Assembly (NCBI GenBank): GCA_029936155.1 | Contig: JAPYUK010000002.1 | Location: 13,786-77,785 of the forward strand | Source: Dehalococcoidia bacterium | GTDB lineage: Bacteria; Chloroflexota; Dehalococcoidia; Lucifugimonadales; Lucifugimonadaceae | DNA length: 64,000 nucleotides | Direction of reading: 5' to 3' | Shown: piece by piece, positions 1 through 7,563 of the stretch | How positions within the stretch are numbered: position 1 is the first letter of the stretch | Layout of the letters: each line of letters starts with the position of its first letter | The notes under the pieces: model-generated | Told to the model about the DNA's origin: nothing | Databases searched by the model: none | What the model saw: the letters and a program-made list of their open reading frames with translations, nothing else | Position numbers and translations under genes: made by a program

Positions 1-102
1 TTCTCATCTGGCTGCGCATGCGGTGGCGGTGGTTGCGGCGGCGGCGGCGGCGGCGGTTGTGGCGGCGGCGGCGGCGGTGCTTGCGCCTGCGGCGGTCACT
101 AG
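1..102 (+). CDS. 3' end of a gene (partial) with Cys/Gly-rich tail FSSGCACGGGGCGGGGGGGCGGGGGGACACGGH*; HesB/IscA-like Fe-S carrier or FmdB-type zinc-ribbon protein
   Basis: Frame 1 is open from base 1 to TAG at 100-102. It has two CxC motifs and in-frame GGC repeats, and lies just upstream of a ferredoxin. Confidence 0.55.
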   Translation, partial: FSSGCACGGGGCGGGGGGGCGGGGGGACACGGH

Positions 103-266
103 ACTCACCAAAATTCTCACGAGTTAATTACTGGCTGGCACTTTCCGTCTAAACACGTATGTGCCAACCTATTTACGCCGAGTTTCGGAAACGTATACTT
201 CACCGTGGATTTGCAACAAAGCCGACCGGAAAGGAACTGGTCGCGACTTAACAGGAGCCCTATCGG

Positions 267-536
267 ATGACCTACATCATCGCCAAGGATTGTGTCGACG
301 TAATGGATGGTGCATGCGTAGACGTATGTCCGGTTGACTGTATCTATTCAAAGCCTGGCGACAACCAGCTTTTCATCAGCCCAGATGAATGCATTGACTG
401 CGCAGCATGTGAACCAGTCTGCCCAGTAGACGCTATCTTCCCAGAAGATCAAGTTCCTGCGGATCAGTCCGAGTTCATTAAGTTGAACTACGACTACGAT
501 TACGATTCCTCTGAGCCGGGTGCGAACGCTTCGTAG
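267..536 (+). CDS. Dicluster (7Fe/8Fe) ferredoxin, FdxA type
   Basis: MTYII..CVDVMDGACVDVCPVDCI and ECIDCAACEPVCPVDAIF motifs; AGGAG RBS upstream. Confidence 0.93.
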   Translation: MTYIIAKDCVDVMDGACVDVCPVDCIYSKPGDNQLFISPDECIDCAACEPVCPVDAIFPEDQVPADQSEFIKLNYDYDYDSSEPGANAS

Positions 537-550
537 CTTCGAGAATTTCA

Positions 551-590
551 ACAAAAAAGCCCCCGGTGATATGCCGGGGGCTTTTTTGTT
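551..590. terminator. Bidirectional intrinsic terminator
   Basis: acaaaaaagcccccgg-tgatatg-ccgggggcttttttgt: GC stem flanked by A and T runs, right after the ferredoxin stop. Confidence 0.88.
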
Positions 591-640
591 GGTGCTTACC
601 CTGAGACAAAGATCGACTAAATTTTCCGAGCGTAGTCAGT

Positions 641-832
641 GGAGTCGAGGGATCTGGTGTGAGGTCGCGAGGTGCGGCGGGCGTCGCTAGTTGTGGTGTA
701 GAAGCCGTGCCCGTCATCCACCGAAGGCCCGTCCACTACCCTTCGCTTTGGTCAGGATATTGGTGGTTTCCTGATCGGTCACTTGTGGTGCATTGGACGC
801 GAGGAGATCCTGAAAATGAATTCAGGATGACA
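641..832. repeat. Degenerate REP-like palindromic intergenic elements
   Basis: GGAGTCGAGGGATCT (641-655) and GAGATCCTGAAAATGAATTCAGGATGACA (804-832). Related copies at 27999, 32786, 40251, 45064 and 56094. Confidence 0.65.
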
Positions 833-868
833 ATTTTCGGGTGCCAGATGACCGCTGCGTAGTGCGCC

Positions 869-1507
869 TTACGACATGGCGTCGAGGGCTTCGGAGATGG
901 GCATTTTTATTGTGGTGAAGATAGGAATTTCGGGCATGGTGTATTGTGCTGCGGGCACTTCGCGTAGATCCATTACCAGCGAGGTGAAGTCGGACTGATC
1001 GTCCATTTCGAAGCTCAATACGAACTCGATATCGTCGGGACCAAACGCATATGACGTGTTGATCTTCACCATCGGGTAGTTCTTGCCGACGCGGAAATGG
1101 TCGTTCATCATCTCCTCGCGTTCTTTCATCGGGTAGATGGCCATGTACTTGTAGTCCTCTTTGAGTTTGGGTGCGCCACCGCCGTGCTGGTAGCGGCTCT
1201 TCCGACGTATCGAAAGGTATGAGTACGCCTGATCGAGGTGCCTGCCCATTAGCGACTGGTTTATACACTTGGAAAGCTCGTGAAATGTATCGACCGATGG
1301 CGAGTCCTGAACGAGCATCAGCTCGGCGTCGGATCACGTGCCAACGGTGCTGTAGGTTCGGATATCGTTTTCGGACGAATGCTCACCTATTAGGTCGGCG
1401 AATTCTTTTTTCCCGTTTTCGCGCTCGTCGGCATCGAGCCGTCGAAAGCCTTGATCGAGCTTGAACAGGGTGATCTTTAGAAAGTTATCGTATTCGATGC
1501 CAGGCAT
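869..1507 (-). pseudogene. Chlorite dismutase-like / coproheme decarboxylase (ChdC/HemQ family) gene, interrupted
   Basis: ATG at 1507 gives MPGIEYDNFLKITLFKLDQGFRRL...RTYSTVGT*SDAELMLVQ, with an in-frame TGA at 1334-1336. The C-terminal half has H..VG..YP.V.INTSYAFG.DD.EFV..FE..D..DF..LV.DLR. The segment usually lying between YPM and E.R..MM appears deleted. Confidence 0.8.
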
Positions 1508-1612
1508 TTTTGTGGGTGATACGTGCAGTCGCGGGTGGTACTGCGCGATGATTGTAGTATTAGATTTTCGAGTATAGCAACGCGAATTCCTTCCACTAGG
1601 TGGAAATCACAA

Positions 1613-2122
1613 ATGCCGGACAAATCAAAATTCGATCGCGAGATCGATGAAATACTTGAGAAGTCGGACGACGATAAGGGTTCGGCCGAACGGAGGCGAA
1701 CATTCGAGCCGTTTTCACCAACAGTTACGAAATCAGGACCAAAGAGGCGACCCGGAACGCGTGTGAAGTTGAATTCTGGGCAATTGATCATCGCTGGGTT
1801 GGTTCTGATTGCGATAGCAGCGTTCGTGTCAGCTGTTCAGATGCCGCTGGCTGTTGTGGGATTGGCGCTTCTTGCTATTGGGTATGTCATGTGGTTCCGC
1901 GACGGTTCGCGAGGGGTTAGTTCATCGGGCGGCGGACTATTTGGTCGCGTTCGAATGGCGAAGCGGATACGTAAGAGCGATCCTGAGGTGAAGTACTGGC
2001 GCGGTCGGCGTATTGAGGACAAGTCGGAGCAGCGGGATAGTCCCAAACGGCCCAGCGCCAGTAATAAAGGCAAGATTACAGATTTTAGTTCGGTCGACAA
2101 TAAAGACAGCGATCACAAGTAA
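1613..2122 (+). CDS. Hypothetical membrane protein (two TM helices)
   Basis: MPDKSKFDREIDEIL N-terminus, TM hairpin, KYWRGRRIE motif; start placed at ATG 1613 after AGGTGG. Confidence 0.7.
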   Translation: MPDKSKFDREIDEILEKSDDDKGSAERRRTFEPFSPTVTKSGPKRRPGTRVKLNSGQLIIAGLVLIAIAAFVSAVQMPLAVVGLALLAIGYVMWFRDGSRGVSSSGGGLFGRVRMAKRIRKSDPEVKYWRGRRIEDKSEQRDSPKRPSASNKGKITDFSSVDNKDSDHK

Positions 2123-2134
2123 GTCGAGTTAATG

Positions 2135-2166
2135 AAAACGGGCGACTGCAATTGTGCAGTCGCCCG
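2135..2166 (-). terminator. Intrinsic terminator between convergent genes (for the sulfite reductase)
   Basis: 12-bp perfect stem cgggcgactgca-attg-tgcagtcgcccg followed by TTTT on the minus strand. Confidence 0.8.
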
Positions 2167-2200
2167 ATTAGTTGTCGCTATAAGAGAAGCGGAGCCAAGT

Positions 2201-3991
2201 CTAGACTGCGCACTCGCCTTCACCGCGCTCGAGCTTGTAAACCACGGTCTTGCCCCAGTCCATGTAGGTCTGGATATTGTCTCGGTCGAGCGGTCCGACC
2301 TGGGCCTTCAGCTTTCCGAAATCCTCTTCGAATTTAGAGACTCCGAAGCGTTCGATAAAGTCGGCGAATTCTTCACCATCGTTACGGTTTGCAACATAGG
2401 TGTCGAGAACTGATTTCAGTGCTTCCGGGGCCTGTTTGGCCGGGATGCGAGCTTTCACTCGTGCTCCGACCTTGGTTCCGCCAGCTTCGGTCGAGCGTCC
2501 ACCAAGGAACAGCTCGTAAGCCGGAATCTGGCCGCCCGGGCCTTTCATTACCGCACCATGGAAGCCGATGCTGGCGATGTGGTGCTGCCCACACGAGTTC
2601 GGGCAACCGCTTGCCTTGATGTGCATCTTCTCGACCAGAGGATCGAGTTCGCCCATACCTTCGATCGTCTCACCAAGCACCTTGTTCAGACCCATCGACG
2701 AAGTGATTCCAAGCTTACAAGAGTCGGTACCCGGGCAGGTCACAACGTCACGTATGGTCCCTCGACCTGCGACGCTGAATCCGATATCGCCAAGAGCCAT
2801 GTACATGTCGTACAGCGACTCGTTTCGTATCCATCGGTAAACAAGGTTCTGCTGCTGGTCGAGTCGCGCTCGACCACCGGCGTACTTGCGTGAAATATCA
2901 GCGAGTTGACCCCACTGGTTGGCGTAGACATCACCGCGCTCTACTCGGACGTAGACAATACTGAATCCGTCCTGTTTCTGGCCTTCGACATTGGTTCGCT
3001 TCCAGTCACTGTAAGCGGCATCGCCAGCAGGCTCGGCGGTTGCATTTGCAGGAACTGCGGGAGCGTCGGCTTCTTCGTCGTCGACGTACATCAGCGATTC
3101 GAGATCGATTTCTTTCTTCGCCCAGTCGCCCTTCAACTCTTCGTCGACCATGTCACGGAACGTGTCGATTCCGAGGCGTGCGATCGTGAACTTGATGCGA
3201 GCCTTGGCAATGCTTTTTCGCTCTTCGTCCTGGTCGTTGAAAACACGAAGCACGGCTTCGCAATTCAAGATGAAATCTTCAACCGGAACGAACTCTCGGA
3301 GAGTCTGAGCCATCATGGCGTTTGTGGAGAGCCCACCACCAACGACGATCTTGAAACCGCGCTTGCCGTCCTGGATCCGGGCGATCATTCCAACGTCATG
3401 CATCAGCACCATGGCTTCGTCTTTATCGGAGCCTGAGAATGCCACTTTAGATTTCCGAGGCATGTTCTGTGTGGTTGGGTGTCGCAGGAAGTATCTGGCG
3501 TACGCTGCCGAGTAAGGAGTTACATCGAACACTTCGTCTTTGGAAACACCGGCCGAAGGAGCGGCAACAACGTTCCGAACTACGTTTCCGCAGGCTTCTC
3601 GGGTCGACATACCAGCGTCACCGAGCAAGCGTAGAAGGTCGGTTGTCTCAGCCAGTGGAACGTGGTGATACTGCACATTTTCACGGGTTGTGATGTGACC
3701 TTTCTTGAGCGGTGCATATTTTTCAGATACTTCGCCGAGAACGTCCATCTGGTGGGCTGTTACCCCTCCGAATGGAAGCTTTACTCGGATCATCTGGCGG
3801 TCAGGCTGTCGCTGTCCGTAAACTCCCTGACGGAGTCGGAATCGGAGGAACTCTACTTCGTCTTTTTCACCAGACTGAAATAGCTTTACCTGATCTTCGA
3901 AGTTTGCGATCTCAGGACCGTCAATCTTCAGTACGTGAGCAAAATCTGGGCTTGGAACCCAGTCCTTGGTATCAACTCTTCCCGTGGTCAC
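2201..3991 (-). CDS. Ferredoxin-dependent sulfite/nitrite reductase (siroheme-[4Fe-4S] hemoprotein), probably assimilatory sulfite reductase
   Basis: RLRQGVYGQRQ, HITTRENVQ, MPRKSK, TCPGTDSCKLG and SGCPNSCGQHHIASIG cluster-binding motifs; C-terminal GEGECA. Confidence 0.93.
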   Translation of the reverse strand: MTTGRVDTKDWVPSPDFAHVLKIDGPEIANFEDQVKLFQSGEKDEVEFLRFRLRQGVYGQRQPDRQMIRVKLPFGGVTAHQMDVLGEVSEKYAPLKKGHITTRENVQYHHVPLAETTDLLRLLGDAGMSTREACGNVVRNVVAAPSAGVSKDEVFDVTPYSAAYARYFLRHPTTQNMPRKSKVAFSGSDKDEAMVLMHDVGMIARIQDGKRGFKIVVGGGLSTNAMMAQTLREFVPVEDFILNCEAVLRVFNDQDEERKSIAKARIKFTIARLGIDTFRDMVDEELKGDWAKKEIDLESLMYVDDEEADAPAVPANATAEPAGDAAYSDWKRTNVEGQKQDGFSIVYVRVERGDVYANQWGQLADISRKYAGGRARLDQQQNLVYRWIRNESLYDMYMALGDIGFSVAGRGTIRDVVTCPGTDSCKLGITSSMGLNKVLGETIEGMGELDPLVEKMHIKASGCPNSCGQHHIASIGFHGAVMKGPGGQIPAYELFLGGRSTEAGGTKVGARVKARIPAKQAPEALKSVLDTYVANRNDGEEFADFIERFGVSKFEEDFGKLKAQVGPLDRDNIQTYMDWGKTVVYKLERGEGECAV

Positions 3992-4107
3992 AGTTCAGAT
4001 CCTTTTTCCGCATGTGTCTAATATGAAGGCACACATTCAAATAAAAACCTCGGCGGTTAATTAGGAGGCAGGGTCGAATCATTCACGTGTTGTTGTCCCA
4101 GCCCGGA

Positions 4108-4155
4108 TTATCGGAAGGTGCAACAACTGTCGTGATGAGAGGATGTGGTCGTCAT
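4108..4155 (-). CDS. Putative leader peptide (uORF) MTTTSSHHDSCCTFR upstream of the sulfite reductase
   Basis: Minus strand reads ATG ACG ACC ACA TCC TCT CAT CAC GAC AGT TGT TGC ACC TTC CGA TAA: tandem Cys codons, ending 116 nt before the reductase GTG. Confidence 0.65.
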   Translation of the reverse strand: MTTTSSHHDSCCTFR

Positions 4156-4164
4156 TACGCGCCG

Positions 4165-4173
4165 ATTTTAGCA
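4165..4173 (-). promoter_or_regulatory. Extended -10 promoter element (TGcTAAAAT) implying a near-leaderless transcript that starts at the leader peptide
   Basis: Minus strand gTGcTAAAATcggcgcgtaATG: 9 nt between hexamer and ATG, no Shine-Dalgarno. Confidence 0.55.
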
Positions 4174-4302
4174 CTGCTTCGACCACTATTGGTGTGGGTG
4201 AATACGCAGAACCCCTATTGTGGCGTCTTGCGCGTGGCCCTAAACGCGATCAAGATACGTCTGGCTTTCATCCGTAAAAGTATCTGTTTAGGAGTGTTTC
4301 AA

Positions 4303-5214
4303 TTGGCGGACAACCGGAAATTAGATGGAATTCATTTCATGCTGCCAACGCCGTTCGATGCGAATAGTGATGTGGATCTAGATTCATTCGTCAGGCTTAT
4401 GGACGCGGCGAAAAGCGCCAATTGCACAGGAGTAGTAACTCTCGGTGTGATGGGTGAGGCACATCGGCTTACTGACGCTGAACGTGGCCCAATTATCGAC
4501 ACCGTTGTTGCCAATGCCGGAGACGATTTGACCGTGACGGTAGGTGCAAGTGCAGAAAGCGGGCGGGCGCTGGCGTCCCGCGTAAAGGATGCTCAGTCAG
4601 CGGGAGCGACGGCGGTGATGATCGCTCCAGCCAAGATGACCAAGCCGAATCCGCCTGCGACGTTTGCGTACTACGCCGCAGCTCAAGAGGTGACCAGCAT
4701 TCCATTGGTCGTTCAGGATCTACCCGACGTGACAGGAGTCCATCTCGATCCCGCATTTATCGGTAAGCTGCACGCAGAGCTGCCCGAAGCGAAATATCTG
4801 AAACTCGAAGATCCGCCAACTCCCCAGAAGATCACTCGTGTCGTCGAGGCCACTGGAGGGAGCATGGGAATTTTTGGCGGCCTCGGTGGAGCGTTCCTAT
4901 TCGAAGAGCTGAGCCGTGGGGCGATCGGCACCATGACAGGCTTCGCATACCCCGAAGCTCTCGTCGCTATCCACAGGTATATGGCGAACGGCAATATTGA
5001 AAAGGCGAGAAGCATCTTCTACAAGTGGCTGCCGTTGATTCGATACGAAAACTCTGCAGGGATTGGTCTGGCCATTCGAAAAGAGATAATGAAGCGCCGC
5101 GGCTTCATAGACACGGCCGATATTCGACCGCCCAGCCCGCCAATCGATGATTCGACGCGAGCTGAACTCGATGATCTGATGAACGCACTCGATCTGGACG
5201 TCTCGAATCTGTAG
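4303..5214 (+). CDS. DHDPS/NAL (DapA-like) class I aldolase family protein
   Basis: PTPF, LGVMGEA, YLKLED (Schiff-base Lys kept), GTMTGF; TTG start at 4303 after GGAG. Confidence 0.88.
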   Translation: MADNRKLDGIHFMLPTPFDANSDVDLDSFVRLMDAAKSANCTGVVTLGVMGEAHRLTDAERGPIIDTVVANAGDDLTVTVGASAESGRALASRVKDAQSAGATAVMIAPAKMTKPNPPATFAYYAAAQEVTSIPLVVQDLPDVTGVHLDPAFIGKLHAELPEAKYLKLEDPPTPQKITRVVEATGGSMGIFGGLGGAFLFEELSRGAIGTMTGFAYPEALVAIHRYMANGNIEKARSIFYKWLPLIRYENSAGIGLAIRKEIMKRRGFIDTADIRPPSPPIDDSTRAELDDLMNALDLDVSNL

Positions 5215-5318
5215 TCGGCAGTAATACGTAATTCTCAACTACAGACAGACCTGAATATACATATTGGTTAGCAGCCGCAGCAGCGGTATTCGCAGAACAC
5301 CTCTAAGCTTAGATTTAC

Positions 5319-6194
5319 ATGGCAGAAAATACAGAACAATCTATCGTCGGCAATGACGTCTTTTGCGCCCACTGTGGCACAAAAAACAGCAAAGATAGCT
5401 ACGCATGTGAGCGGTGCGGTGAGCGCCTGATCCAGATGACCACCGATTCAGGCTCCCCGCTCGGGCTCATATCGTGCGCACGGTGCGGTGGAGCGAACAA
5501 CTCTCAGGCTATTTACTGCTGGGTGTGTGGATCGGACATGAACGATTCGGTTCGTATCTCATCGGATCCCCGATCCCGGCAAAATGAACAGACGCAGGTG
5601 CCTGATCGGCCCCAATCAGCCTCACAGGCTCCAACCCAATCACCTACACAGGTACCACCGAAGGCTCGAACGTATCGACCGGATTTGAACCCGGTTTCGA
5701 CTCCGGCAAACGAGTCATCTCACGATTCTCTAGACGACCACAGTGACCTGCGCAGCCAGGCCCCGGACGACCAGCCACAGGCGCATTCCAATGTCGATAT
5801 GCAGCAGCCGGAGAGTCCGTTTGATTCGCCCGATGGTGAAGCTTCTGAGAACACCTCGGGAATCCGCGATGGAGAGATTCCTGCTGGCGTGAAACGTTGG
5901 AACTGGGCGGCGTTCCTGATGCCCGCGGTTTGGGGGTTGTTCTCCGGAGTGCCCTACACCGCGATTTTGTTTGGCGCGGCTTTGCTGCCATCCGGGTATC
6001 AGTTGATCGTCATGGTGAGCGCCAGCCTGTTCCTCGGGTACAAAGGCAACGAGCTTGCATGGCGAGGCAAGAAGTGGCGCTCGGTTGAACACTTCAACGC
6101 GTTCCAGAAGCAGTGGGCTTCCTGGGCCGTCAAGTTGACGATAGCCGTCGGCGCAATCCTGATTTTCTGGGTGATTTCGGGGGGCGGAGCTTAG
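5319..6194 (+). CDS. Double zinc-ribbon membrane protein
   Basis: CAHC..CERC and CARC..CWVC zinc ribbons, P/Q-rich linker, C-terminal WNWAAF...GNELAW membrane domain. Confidence 0.8.
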   Translation: MAENTEQSIVGNDVFCAHCGTKNSKDSYACERCGERLIQMTTDSGSPLGLISCARCGGANNSQAIYCWVCGSDMNDSVRISSDPRSRQNEQTQVPDRPQSASQAPTQSPTQVPPKARTYRPDLNPVSTPANESSHDSLDDHSDLRSQAPDDQPQAHSNVDMQQPESPFDSPDGEASENTSGIRDGEIPAGVKRWNWAAFLMPAVWGLFSGVPYTAILFGAALLPSGYQLIVMVSASLFLGYKGNELAWRGKKWRSVEHFNAFQKQWASWAVKLTIAVGAILIFWVISGGGA

Positions 6195-7222
6195 CTAGTT
6201 CGCTCGGTCGACTCGGCTTCGCTATCTTCGTCTGATGCAGGTTCTACTTCTGGCTCGACTTCTTCCTGTAGATTAGCTTCGGACTCGTCCGATGATTTAG
6301 CATCGGTTTCAGTATCCAGTTCGGCCTCTGGCATTTCTATTTTCTCTTCTTCTTCGCCTGAAGTCTCGGCTATTGGCTCTTCAGACTCTGGCTCAACTTC
6401 TGGCGTTTCAACTTCGGAAAGATCTGGCCCCGCGTAGCCGGGGCGTAGAGCCCAGCCCCACTTGTCGGCGTGCTGCCCAGCTAGCGTTGAGAACTGCAAC
6501 TGATAGTCGTCGCTCTGGATCGGCGGAGTCGTCATGATCACCGCGTGTTCACCGTTGTCGGAGTAGTAGCGACGACGCAGTCCAATCTCTTGAAATCCAT
6601 ATTTCTTATAGAGCTCGATCGCTGGTTCATTCGACTGACGAACCTCCAGAGTCACAACTCGGGAGTCGTTTTCCACGGCTTGCTCCAAAGCGCTAATCAG
6701 TAGCAGCTCGCCGAGTCCCTTACGGAGGTCGTTCTGCCGGGTTCCAATGATGACCACGTGTGCTTCGTCGAGCACAAACCACAATCCGATGAACCCTGCG
6801 ATGTATTCAGGGGGCAGTTTCGGGTGGGTAACGCGGTCGAGAATGTAACGGTCTAATTTCCGCTTGAATCGCGCGGTAAAGCTAACATCCTCTTTCTCGG
6901 CCTGAGTGGCTATGGCGAACCTTGGCCCAAGCTCCTGCTCGTCGGGACGCCACTCCCTTATTGAGACGAGATAGAGAGCGTTCTGGCGTGTGAGGTCCCG
7001 TTCGATTCGAGTGACTGGCGTCATTCCCGGGAAGGCTTCCCGTTCGATGCTTTCCAGCATCATCGAATCGTCAAGCGATGCGACGCGAACGGAGTACTCA
7101 TTCTGAATCTCACTTTTAGACTCAGAATCGGTATTCTCGGATTCCGGCCCTGCATTCATATTGCCCGACTCGAGATCGGCGAACGCACCTGAAAGTAGAT
7201 CGTTGGGGTCGGAAATAGTCAT
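6191..7222 (-). CDS. rimI: Ribosomal protein alanine N-acetyltransferase (GNAT) with acidic extensions
   Basis: IEREAF, GLWFVLDEAHV, GLGELLL, TLEVRQSN..AI.LYKKYGF..IGLRRRYYSDNGE.A.IM. Confidence 0.85.
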   Translation of the reverse strand: MTISDPNDLLSGAFADLESGNMNAGPESENTDSESKSEIQNEYSVRVASLDDSMMLESIEREAFPGMTPVTRIERDLTRQNALYLVSIREWRPDEQELGPRFAIATQAEKEDVSFTARFKRKLDRYILDRVTHPKLPPEYIAGFIGLWFVLDEAHVVIIGTRQNDLRKGLGELLLISALEQAVENDSRVVTLEVRQSNEPAIELYKKYGFQEIGLRRRYYSDNGEHAVIMTTPPIQSDDYQLQFSTLAGQHADKWGWALRPGYAGPDLSEVETPEVEPESEEPIAETSGEEEEKIEMPEAELDTETDAKSSDESEANLQEEVEPEVEPASDEDSEAESTERTS

Positions 7223-7563
7223 AGTTTTAGGTTTTCACCCAATTATGAGTAGGTATAGGCGGGCGAACAATTGTGAGGATAGCCCGAATCGATTCAACTA
7301 CACCATGGACGTTTTGACGAGTTTATCGCTAATCGTGATTCAATCTGTACGCTCGCTGAAATAGGTGGTGTAAACATTACGCATTTTTAATATGGGTGCG
7401 CGATGCTTGTCACTAGTGGATTAAAGCCCGGAGAGTATCCCGGCCGATTTACGTAACGTTCCAGGGAGGAATCGTCACGGCTACCAGCCAGGTTGCGCAG
7501 GCAGGAAAAGCTGCCGGTTCATCGTCTCGCCCTGTCGAGGGATCGAGTTCGGTCGGCGTATTC

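Noticed and set aside
3-98. Minus-strand poly-Pro reading (PPQAQAPPPPPP...)
   Set aside because: It is preceded directly by a TGA with no start; it mirrors the plus-strand poly-Gly tail, which ends cleanly at TAG
1334-1336. In-frame TGA in the Cld-like gene read as selenocysteine or genetic-code reassignment
   Set aside because: The position corresponds to Arg, not Cys; no convincing SECIS hairpin follows; the gene has a second lesion; TGA is a normal stop elsewhere (yceD, ftsK, MBL gene)
3992-4200. SAM-I riboswitch or T-box upstream of the sulfite reductase
   Set aside because: No AUCxAGAG..GAGGGA core and no T-box AAGGUGGUACC motif seen; the Cys uORF explains the region better
4087-4302. 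72-aa N-terminal extension of the DHDPS-like ORF
   Set aside because: It overlaps the divergent promoter/leader; the RBS and fold start point to TTG 4303
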